Source: Phoronis australis (taxonomy: Eukaryota > Animalia > Phoronida). From it: 64,000 nt of DNA. Under the pieces are notes generated by a model. That model had not been told where the DNA came from, did no database searches, and was given only the letters and a program-made list of their open reading frames with translations. The stretch is from assembly GCA_002633005.1 (NCBI GenBank), contig NMRA01000041.1:1121294-1185293 (forward strand). Direction: 5' to 3'. The position numbers and the translations under genes are program-made. Positions within the stretch are counted from its first letter, which is position 1; each line of letters opens with the position of its first letter. Shown here piece by piece: positions 26,413-37,500 of the stretch.

Positions 26413-27145
26413 CTGGGGACGCTCGTCGAGAGCACTTAAAACACAGCGTTCAATGGGTCAGTTACGTCTCCTCAATAAAATAATGCCCATTCATCCATTT
26501 TCGCCACCTGGCTACACTCTGAAGAGTTCATACGTTATGAAAACTTCAATGACCCGTTTCCGTGGTTACCGGTTAAGAGCTGAATATTGTAGTCACTTTG
26601 TTTTAAAGCGCTCTTTGGTATACAGTGTACCTTGGTTTTGATTGGTTTCCGCACATGACGGCGAGATGAAACTAACGTCTTCGTTAAAGAGGAACGTTAT
26701 TTTTGAAGGCGTTGTAATTGGTCAATTTAGTATGATTGTTTTATGTACTCTGGAAGAACTTTGATCCGTTTAAGGCTATTTTTCTTAAAAAACAAAAACA
26801 AAAAAATAGTTTTCAAATCGTGAGCGAGACGCTGTAAGCAGGTGACACAATGCAAATACTTTGGATCTGAGCGGCTGTTGGTTGTTGTCTTAGTATTTCC
26901 GGCATCAGTGTTCAAATCAAATGGCAAATTTTCAGCAGCTGGCCTGGGATTGATAATCGACAGAGATCTCGGCCATTGAGCAAAGCTATCAGGACGTTGA
27001 TAAACCAAGTGAAGACCGATCCCCATGATGAGATCTCACCTTGACTGTTTCTCAGGCCACCACTACATACATGTACATGTACGTCCTGTGACATCTCTAT
27101 CTAGTTAATGGAGCATTTGAAATTCTGGCAATGCTACTGATTAAA

Positions 27146-28003
27146 TCATTTATATATCATTTGAAAATACAAAGTGCATATGTAAAAACGATAAAAAATG
27201 GAAATTGGATACACGACTAGATTAAGACGGATCCACTTATCGCCAAACACCGCCAGTGTTATGGGAAATAAGGCTGATGATTCAAATTCACAAAAACTGT
27301 CAAGTGCCCATTTGACCAAGTTGAATAACGAGAGGCAGGCAATACAGTTAAACAAACGCAACTTCTCATCTGGTCGGAGGTTTCTAAAGTCTTGTCTGCA
27401 AGCTTTCATTGCAAACCAGTTCTGACAGAAAATCTGAACGATGTTGCATGTATACGTGATGATCGCAATCCAACACAGAATTTGTCGGTGGTAGAAGGAT
27501 GTCTCTTGTATCATTCCGTTTTCTATTGCTGCATTCAGCATGCTACTGGCAGCAATGATGAAACAACAGTCGGCCAACCAAGCAAAAATGGCCGAGAAAT
27601 TTAGCACGAAATCTTTTCTTGTCAAGTTGGCTTGGTTTTGCGTGCACATATTTATTCCAATACCACACAAAATGACGGTGACCAAAGAGCTGGCAATTTG
27701 GAAAAAATAGTCGACATACAAAACCAACACGTAGTCAGAAGGTATAGTGTTATTGTCTTTGCCGAAATCTACGGCGTGATTGTCTGCCTGTATCACTGCC
27801 AGAATTTCAATCGCAGCGTAAAAAATTTGAAACACAACTAGAACAACAAACCATGCGCTAAATCTATTTGGGACGCTTGGTGGAAACGAACTCTCCATTG
27901 GACCAGGCTGAATGCTGCCGGAGGTACATTCATTACCGGAACTATGTTGTTCTTGGTTAAAGCCGGCTGCTCTGGGTTCCAAATCAGGATTGGCGTCGAT
28001 GTT
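27146..28003 (-). CDS. Otopetrin-like gene B, coding exon 2 (linker and C-domain, TM7-TM12)
   Basis: Pyrimidine-rich phase-0 acceptor TTTTGTTGCAG|AAC at 28004/28003. Motifs VQIFCQN, LFNLVKW and FGDKW......YPISIFYRF. Spliced protein is about 581 aa. Confidence 0.82.
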   Translation of the reverse strand, partial: NIDANPDLEPRAAGFNQEQHSSGNECTSGSIQPGPMESSFPPSVPNRFSAWFVVLVVFQIFYAAIEILAVIQADNHAVDFGKDNNTIPSDYVLVLYVDYFFQIASSLVTVILCGIGINMCTQNQANLTRKDFVLNFSAIFAWLADCCFIIAASSMLNAAIENGMIQETSFYHRQILCWIAIITYTCNIVQIFCQNWFAMKACRQDFRNLRPDEKLRLFNCIACLSLFNLVKWALDSFCEFESSALFPITLAVFGDKWIRLNLVVYPISIFYRFYICTLYFQMIYK

Positions 28004-28537
28004 CTGCAACAAAATGGAGTCACTCAAACTGAGACGTTTGTCGCAGCAATTGATCAGTCGTTGGCAAATCGTGCATGGAATGTGTGGAAATCTCCGAGAT
28101 GGAGCTTGGTTTGTGGAGTGGTAACGGTTTCACTTCAGTAGGAACGCTTCAATTAGCTATTGTAAACAATTTTCGGTATTAGGAGTGAACCAATGAAAAA
28201 GGCATAAATACTAAAATCATATTTTGCATAGGTGAAAGCATGTTGAAATCTATAGCAGAACAGGTTCAGGGTGTTAATTTTCTAAAAATATATCCGGCAT
28301 ACAAAACATTCTGCAGCTCAAAAACCTGATAAATCCATTACGGACAAACACAAATCTTGGAAATCGTGATTCTCGTTCTAAAAGTAAGCTTGAGGGTTGA
28401 CTTTCACTCGAAGACGGATAGAAGAGGGTAGCACGCATAGTGAATCGGTGTTCAAAAGATCTCACTAGGTGTAAATTTATTGACACTCGTTTCACTAATT
28501 GTCGTGCTCACCACTTCGGACTCAGGATGTTACTTAC

Positions 28538-29425
28538 TGGAATTGTCGATTGTTCCTCTATGACGTCACTGGTGTCATTTCCAACTCGCACTAATCTGCC
28601 ACCAGACGTGTCATCAGGTTTAGTCAATAATTGTAAAATGTGGTAGAGTAGACTTACTGATGTGAAGAAGTATTGCGTAGTAAATGGGTGAAGATAGGGA
28701 CTATACTTGGGCACGATACCTGCCCAAGCAATATTGCTGAAAGTACAATTGCGCAATGTCGATAAAGCTTGGTAGTACCGATCATGTTCGCTTGGACGGT
28801 AGTTTGTTACAATTTGCTGTATCTGTTGTTGAAAACACGACATCCAGACTAGTATGTTGACGCTGGCGATACTACAAACCGTAACAACGCCGCGCTTTTT
28901 CAATTTGATGTAGTGAAACCGTTGCAAGAAATGTATTTGAACAGCAGAGAAAAAAATTTTCGCTACGCGAAACATCATACAAACAACCAGGTAAAAGCGA
29001 CAGTCTGCTGATAATTCAATATCTGGACTAGTGAACGACATCGCAGCATTTGAAAACGAAAATATGTCTAACATAATTCCTCCGGCGCCAAAAAACCACA
29101 GGCCTCCAAACGATCTAATTTTCGCTAATTTTTTGTTGCTGTCATGGCTTCCGTCAGAAGAGCGATCTCCTGCTGAGCCTCCTGACGTGTTCACCTTGTA
29201 CACGTAGAAGTAAACGCACATGTAGAGCCCGCAAACACTTTGCAGAATCGACAGGTATAATTGCGGGTACGCGGGGCTCACGCGATAATCACTGATGACT
29301 GTAGATTGCGCACTGATCATCAGAGCTAGACCAAGACAAACGAAGCTGAGCGACAAGAGTTTAACAGCCTCTCGTTTACGAAGATGGACACGGCAATCCT
29401 TAACTGTTTTCATTAGTCCATCCAT
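28538..29425 (-). CDS. Otopetrin-like gene B, coding exon 1 (N-domain, TM1-TM6)
   Basis: First ATG at 29425 (the ORF track starts at a GTG). Motifs FG.GG..LD (TM3), FSAVQIHFL, SVNILVW and PYLHPFTTQY. Consensus phase-0 donor CCA|GTAAGT at 28538/28537; an alternative phase-2 donor lies at 28512. Confidence 0.8.
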
Positions 29426-29593
29426 TGTCACCCGGTTCTATATCATACGCACCGTCAGAAAGAACTGAAGTCAAGTATATGTCGCGATACTAATATTTTT
29501 CATTTATACCACAATATTAGCGTCAAATGGCAGATAAAACCGTGTAATAACCCATAAAGTTATCTCACTAGTGAGATAACGATTTGGCGGGAA

Positions 29594-29663
29594 ACCGAGG
29601 ACGGAGTCGAACCCGGGACCTTGGTATTGCTGATCGCCGACTTTAACCACTACACCACGCAGC
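29594..29663 (-). mobile_element. tRNA-derived SINE-like head
   Basis: Minus strand has an A-box-like TGGTGTAGTGG and a B-box GGTTCGACTCC, but the anticodon and acceptor stems do not pair well. Confidence 0.55.
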
Positions 29664-29721
29664 GACTGACGTCATCAAGAGTGAAAATAGAATACTTAAA
29701 TGAGCACGCGCAATAATCGCN

Positions 29722-29934
29722 ATGACTGTAGATTGCGCACTGATCATCAGAGCTAGACCAAGACAAACGAAGCTGAGCGACAAGAGTTTAACAGCCTCTC
29801 GTTTACGAAGATGGACACGGCAATCCTTAACTGTTTTCATTAGTCCATCCATTGTCACCCGGTTCTATATCATTCGCACCGTCAGAAAGAACTGAAGTCA
29901 AGTATATGTCGCGATACTAATATTTTTCATTTAT
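29722..29934. repeat. 213-bp near-identical duplicate of the otopetrin B start region (29295-29507)
   Basis: Offset 427 bp, one visible mismatch (CATACG vs CATTCG), beginning immediately after a single N at 29721. Confidence 0.85.
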
Positions 29935-32900
29935 CAACATGAAGGTCAGTTGATAAGTTGTATTTTGACGAAAACTTCAGTTTGCGATATGCCTTCAGTA
30001 GGAAGTAGGCCTTATCAAGTTTCACTTCCATTTTCTGCTACGCTCCCTGGTAGCCCTACCGATCAATGCCCTCCATTTTTTTACTTAATTTGGTATTTGG
30101 AATTTGGGATGTACAACCGAGCTGTATTGTATTGTAAAAAGACAACGCGGGCAAAACTGAACTGAGTTGAGTTTCTCTTTATGGTCAAAACTACGTAAAA
30201 TTCGTTTCATGGAGATGTCGTCCTGTTCGATTGGCTTAATTACATGGGTTTAAGTTATTTCAGGGGTTTTGTTATTTACTGAGTAAGAGGGTAGAAATTC
30301 CAGCTTCAACTTCGTGCGACATGATTCCGCTTCATCACATGAGAAAATGTAGTGAGTACTGGTCATGCGCAGAACTTTATGCCCACTGATATAAACGCCA
30401 TTAGCGACACCTTGCGACGACCCAGTAGGACGTTCGTCTCCTTCTGACGACGCCGTTGGACGAGTTGGGAACACAGTCGGCGATTTTGGCAACCACATCT
30501 TCTTGCCTTCCCTGTTTTCAGTACTTAAAAATCGCCGGATTTTGTTAAACATTCTTTGTTTCAACCAACATTTTTCGTCCGGCCACCAATATATTCGTCC
30601 TTTCAGATAAAGATCGTAAGTGTAAACTGGTTCCCGATTGGACAATTGTCGTGAGCATGACATATCGGTCGAGTCAACTACCATTGTATCGGTCCTACCA
30701 GTATCACGACACGTTATCATATTGGCGAAAAACCAACACTATCAGCCTAAGCATTGGGAGTCTCTTGTAGCCGTCAAAATTGATTCACGGACGCGTCCAA
30801 CGGAGCTGTAACAAGGTGTTGCTCATTGAGACCCACAGATTTGTCACAAACCGCCTCCGTTTCTTTTCATTAGAAAACTCGATCACATCAGCTCTAACTT
30901 TCTCATGACATGCCCTAAACAATTAATTACAGTAAACCGCGTATATAGGGCCATAACCTCATATTCGTAAGATCGAATATAAAGCTTGGCCTAAAATTCG
31001 GTATCGTTGGATTACTTGGTTCGACTTTGAGGCCATGACCTAACTAACATTACCTTCGATAGCAATCTTTGTAGCAATGGATAATTATTGAAAAACACTA
31101 CGATCTGCATTATATCTGAAGAAAGAGTAAGGCGAATGTTATGTGAACACAAGGCCATGTCGTTTCGTCGACGGATATACAGTCATGGTGTTATAAATAC
31201 GAGGTTTGAATAAGTCATCAACGCAATTTTAAGCGCTGAAATTTATTTTGCTGTTTGCCAAACAAACTGGAAACGGGTTCCGTCACGTAAGACACTCTCA
31301 ACACACAAGCGGCGAGCGATCTTGGATTTTGGAACGAAAATAGCGAGTTTACGTTCAATTTTCATCCGCGCCGACCAACCAATTAGGTGGCACTCAATAT
31401 TTTGTTGAATTTATCTTTCATTCATAAAACATTGGCACCTGTTGAGTTTGGTGGGCATATACCGAGCTTTGTGCAGCGCCGTGAAGGCGACGAATACATG
31501 AGGTATTTCTGCTTGATTTTTGAGTCTGTTCTGACTGAAACGTTGAAGAAGAATGTTAGTTGGTGACCCTGCTCAGACCCACGGCTTGCTCAATTGGCCC
31601 AAAACTAGCACAAAATGTTGAGTGCCATCTTTAGTAACACCATGGCGGTCATTTTGCCAGCAGGTGTGCACGTCGGTCAAGGTCGCGAGTTCACTAGCGA
31701 AACACTAGGCTTTCATTCAAATGATCATTCCGAACTCGGAAGACACTCACCTTACGGAACCTACACCAGGAAAACATTTCTATTGTTCCGACGTTCATTA
31801 AGATGGATGTTTTTGTTTTCTGAAGCTGAACTACGTGTACTTTACATGTGCTGAACTCAAAGCATGTTCAATTATCGCGTTTTGCCCTTCGAAACAAAAT
31901 CACACACAAATGAGACGGTTTGTACCAAGTGCCCTCATGTAAGTAAACATCAAATGAAAGTGCAAGTAAAATTTAACTTATTAGAAATGCAAAAAATCAG
32001 GAAATTCTGTACATGTGCGAGCATTCGCACGGGGAATGGAAAAAGTATTAACAAATGTAGTAACAATGATCGCCTAACATCAGGCACGCTGGCATTTTTT
32101 AATTCAACGAAATGAGCTCATCATTCACGTACATGTAAGGGATAATTCGTGAATTTGCGATGTGGTTAACACAATGCAAAATAACGAAATTTCACACCTT
32201 GCTGCATCCAATACACGCAAGCCCTATCGACTGACATTTTTGCGGAAACCTGAAAAGTATGCGTGCGCATCTCAGAATAGAATCATTGGATGAAGTTGTG
32301 TGAAGCGACACGAACTGATTACCCACCAGTTGCCTATCTACCTACACACCCATACATTTCAACTGTCATCGGCTACAGTGTACAGTACGTAAGCGACTTG
32401 TGAACACCGATATTTTCGACACAATACCGAGTTCCCAAAATTTAATGGGTACACAAACTTTACATACGTATAACAGTTTTAGCGACCGTCAGTCACTCCT
32501 CCAAACTTATGCAAACTTGGTCAAACTTTGAAAAATCCACGCTAAAATGATTTACTGACGTATCAACATTGGCGTGGGGTTGGCAGTTGCCACCCGAGGG
32601 CCGGCAAAGGGGGCATTGGTAAACACCCCCCTAAAAGTAGGCATACAAGAAAACGCAGAAAGGTTTCCTTTAGTGGCTGAGGGCTTTCCACTGGACATAC
32701 TTTAACAGTCCTTATAAGGAAAAATTTAGAAATAGTAACAGCCATATTATTTAATTGGTTCTCATAGCTGAGCAAGCAAAACGATTCCGAAAGATCGCCA
32801 ATAGGGCTTTTTCAAGCCTCGATTCCGAAACAACCCCACGGTGGCTTTTATCAATGTGGAAATGTGAGTGAACACATACCCTCGGAAACACCGATTTCGA

Positions 32901-33712
32901 TGACACCTTCTGATTGTAAAACAACCACGTCAACTTAATGTAGAATTTCGAATAAACATCCGCTTCCTGAAAAAGTTCCAATGGAATCTCTTTCGAAATT
33001 TTTTTTAAAATAATTGTCCTCTATGAAGGCGCCTAGCAATCTAAGAACAGGATAAGATGTACATAATTTTCTTGTGCCAAATGAAATTCTTAATGGCTCA
33101 TATTTTCATTGTTTCTAATTAAGTAAATACAGCAGGCGGATTCCCTGTTTTGCTAGAATGCTTCAGATCGAGCCGTAGATTTATCTGTGCAGCTGTTATT
33201 GTTTTCGCTGCATTACTTTTAAATTTTCATTGTGGTACATCTCGAAGGCAAATAAAGAAAAATACAACTGACGGAGGCAGTGCTTGTTTTTTGGAAATAG
33301 TCATCATATATATATACGTATATTTAGGTGCAAGACGAATGTGTCGTTCATCTGCAGGCAAGTTGAGTTTGAGACACTGGGATTTGACAGGTTGTGGAAC
33401 TTGAGTACACAAGCTTATTTAGAACGTAAGTCTTGTCCCAGGATAGTCGGCAATATATCGTAGTTAAGGCAAACGGGGTATATACAAGAATCTTCTCAAT
33501 GGAAGACATAGGCCAAGTGGCACATTACGGTATTGGTGCCACCGGAAGCCAAAAACCCGCCACTGAGTACATAAACCAAAATAAAAAATAGCAAAAAATA
33601 AACTCCGCATGTAAAGTGTGCAAGTTGCTTACATTCTGCAAAATTAATGGCTCATTTTCGCAATTACAAAATACCAGGTGCCACCATGTCAAGGCGAACA
33701 AATAGCTTTTGA

Positions 33713-34539
33713 TTATATCGAAGCCCTCTTCTTATGAACTTGAAAATTTAACAATGAGTTCGTCTCATCAACCGTGGTGGTATAAATCTCACTTTTCCTA
33801 ACGTGATTACTGTTCATATTCTGCATCTGTAGAAGATGGTCTACTTTGCTGGACGACCTAGTCACACTGTATCGATGTTTCCCGCGACTCCTGAAATTGT
33901 AACACGAACAAGAACACACCGACTGTAAGTCGTCATCGTCTGTGGGCACGTGTTCTTGGGTTATACCCGTGATCTCGTTTCCACCGTTGGGCGTGATAAT
34001 GTCTCCGTCTAAATGAACAGCACCGCGCGCAGCTGCAATTGCTTCCATTTCCTCCCGCCTTTCATCTTCCGTATTCATAGTCATGAAACGCAAAACTAAG
34101 AGATTGAGGGCAGCAGCAAATACCGCTAAACCAAACAGAATGAATAAAATACTAAACGCCACGTACTCCGGCTTTTTCTGTAGATAACCTTTTTTCTGCA
34201 GGGCGACATAATCGCCAAACCCTATAGTCGTTAGCGTTATAAAACAGTAGTAAAACGCGTCCAAGTATTCCCATTGTTCATAGTGTGCGAAAACACCAGC
34301 CCCGGAAACGTGCACAATGAGGACGAGGCTCGTACCAACTATGATTAAATTGGTCTGTGATACATCTGTACTTTTTAATTTAAAACATTTCTTGATGTTT
34401 CTGAGTATAAAAGTGATGACAACGTTCAATCGTTCACCAATGCTCTGGAAAGTAACGAGCCACAACGGAATTCCTGCCAGTGAGTAGAATATACAAAAGA
34501 TTTGTCCCGCAGGAGTTCTCGGGGCGCTGTGCCCGTAAC
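33713..34539 (-). CDS. TASK-type two-pore K+ channel (KCNK3/KCNK9-like), last coding exon
   Basis: Phase-1 acceptor TTTATGTTTCAG|GT TAC GGG inside the first filter (G|YGH), the intron position known from TASK genes. Also GIPL..V.FQSIGER, second pore TLTTIGFGDYVALQ, NLLVLRFMTMNTEDE, DLQSVCSCSCY and C-terminal KKRASI. Confidence 0.93.
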
Positions 34540-37500
34540 CTGAAACATAAAGAGAACAGTCGGTCACCATAAAGAAAGCCAGAATTATATAAAGCAAGAG
34601 TAAAACATAACGCATTGCAATTGGTCTAAACTCATATCCCCAACTGCACCAGTTAATTTGTTCGGCTCATCACCAAAATAGTAGACGACATCACACATTT
34701 GATATGCCATACCTGAAAGCAATTTTGCATCATCCAAACCGCACGTTAAAGTACAGGTGTATGCCCGCTTTCAATCACACAGGCTTTTTAGTGTTGAACT
34801 TCAGACCTTTAAACGTTTTCGTGTATACGTTTTCAGGACATCATAATACCGTCACCCTAGTAATGTGTGTATCGCCGAATCTTACAAATCTTCCACATTG
34901 CTTATTTTCAAAACAAATCACAGAATATGATTTAGAAGAAGTTTCTTTAAATAGATTCATAATGTACGATAAGTCATTGACATATTCGACTTCGGGATTA
35001 TGAACGTCATATGCTTCGCTTAAACTGTACTTGCATGGACACTTTACTTATAGCGCGCTTACTGGAATATACTGTATTAGCACATCATAATTAACTTTAC
35101 TTCTATAATTTACTAATAGCGCGGTGTCTAGAGTATATTAGAACATCTTAGTTTAGGCCATTCGTGCAATGATTTGTGGAATTTCTGGCGAAACATTTTC
35201 GAATTTTTAAAAATTGATCTTATGAACGCAGAAATTGGGGTATTATAGAACTTCATTCGAGTAAGCATTTGGGAAAAATCCACAGAACTACACGTACACA
35301 AGAATTGTGACACATCACCAATTTGTGGGGTGATCTGTCGATCGTAGATCCTTTTAGCGGAGTTTCATAAAAGCAACGTGTTTAAGGGGACATAACCGGT
35401 TTTACGGCCGAAAAAAACATTTCCAGAATATTGTTGGATAGGATAGACTTCTTGAAGTTAGCTCTGACCAAGGCTACAAAACAACACCATGCGTTGTGTA
35501 TTTGTGACTTTTTACATTAGCCGTTGCCCGTCAGCCATTCGGTGAAACCAAGACCGGTGAAAGTGTCGGTTAAATACACTGCTAGCAAAGTATTGGACTG
35601 TGACTGCTGAGGGTGCCGTGTACGATAACGCGTTGGAGCTGTCTCAGAAGACTATCCACCATCGACGATAAAAGTCACTCTAAACTTTTTCATTAAATTG
35701 AAGAGTAAAATGACAAGCTATTTCCAAGTCCACAATCAGTGCACTATATTGTACTGGTACAATATATTGCATCCCAGTTTGAAAGTTAGTATACTCACAC
35801 AACCGTCATTATTCCCAAAAGATAGCAGCACTGACCAAACTAAGCACGCGTGACGAAAACGCTCCACACGAAGAGACCAAACTACAGTTCCGCGGACAAA
35901 AGTCGTTGTTCCGACTTACTTGAACGTGTTTTCGCATTTGTACCGTGGGTTCTGTGTCCGTCGGGACAGATTTGGAGGTTCTTTGTTTTATGAGCGCCGG
36001 CCATGAAATCGGCTATCACCCTCTGGGAATGCCGGCAACAATGTCAGTATCATTTTATGCTCGGTCACGTCTTGAAAGGACATGTTGAAACCATACGCTG
36101 ATTAGCAATGTGTCTGAATTGTGTTTGTACATGTATTAGACATTCTGCGATCTCCGTCCGCGACACTATTCAGTTCTAAAACACTAGACGACTCTAATCA
36201 CTTCCAAACAACAGCGATTTTCACCACTGATGTTACCAATCATGAAATCAGTGAAAATATTAGTGCACTCTCTCGTCAACTTTTGAAGTACATAATTGTT
36301 GAACGTTTTAACAACCAAATCATTGTTCTTAACCAGTAGTCAGACTGTAAAGTCGCCCTAGACAAAATAGATAGCGTTTTGGCGTCAAACTTTTAATACC
36401 TAATCAGCTTTGTGTACGTCAACGAAAAATCACAATCAAGGATTTTCAGTTTCAAATTATAATTAACGACACCAAGGCACGAATATGGTTTCTACATTGA
36501 AGATAATGGACTATTTCACGGAAACTTACAAGACGCATCGTTTAGATCGTAATCCTTCTGCACGGATTAACAAGATCATATTAGTTTTACTACATGTCAC
36601 GCATGTATTTTTATCACATGTGATGTTTTACACTAAAACAGAAATAAGCTTGATGTTGAAACACGTTCACCGTCAAATTTAAAGTGCTATAATTGCAGTG
36701 GCACGCGAGTAAAATCGATTCCCTTTCTATACATGATTAATCGCTGTCATATTCCGGGAATTCTCAAGGTCGATTTAACCAATAAAACCTTCATACAACT
36801 GCACGCATGGAGACTATTGTGTATTCGTTTACTATAACAAATGTGTGATTTACATTGCTTCGCAGACTGATACTGCAGAAATTATCCAAAAATATCATCC
36901 CATGTTTACTTACGTTGCACTTAACAATCATTCAGGCAGAGACATGGCGTCTTTCATGTAAGTGACTAAGACTTCAGATACAAATTTGGTCCCATGTTTT
37001 ACTCAAATAATTATGAGCGCAGCACACTCTAAAACAATTTGTAAAATTACCTCGGTAACAAAAAGGTACGCGTCGTATGCATATTAGTTGCCCTCAGCTG
37101 TCGCGCATTAGGCAAATCTTACGCTAACAACATTTACACGCAAGTGGACCAGAAAGCGTGCACCGTTTACCCCCAGAGTAAGCAGCGAAGTCCTCGGCAC
37201 ATCAAGAGTTTGATGGCACCGTCACGGACTGCATAGAGCTACTACCTATTCATGGGCTTGGCCGAACGTGCAGGATGAGATAATGGTGATCATAAACCAA
37301 CACGCCTCTTTGGCGTACGAGTTTCAAAGTTAAAAACCAAACAAAAAGTAAGGCAGAAGACCAGCATGACTGTTTTTAAAATTGGAAATATTATCCGTCT
37401 TTGAATTTTTAAAATGAAAAAATTATAAGAGAAATTAGTGAACAGATTTCCTCGTCATCACTGCCAGGCAACGAGCAATAACTTGTGAATCGATTAGGAC

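Noticed and set aside
29594-29663. Possible tRNA gene
   Set aside because: A and B boxes are present but the cloverleaf stems do not close; treated as SINE-like.
29643-29858. Apparent third otopetrin gene start
   Set aside because: Near-identical to the start of gene B, truncated at an N, and has no remaining exons; probably a haplotype assembly artefact.
30250-30720. 156-aa minus-strand ORF between TASK and otopetrin B
   Set aside because: No recognisable domain or convincing splice context; probably chance or repeat-derived.
34540-34615. Hydrophobic N-terminus MRYVLLLLYIILAFF of the TASK ORF
   Set aside because: Intron sequence read in frame upstream of a strong acceptor at the conserved TASK intron position.
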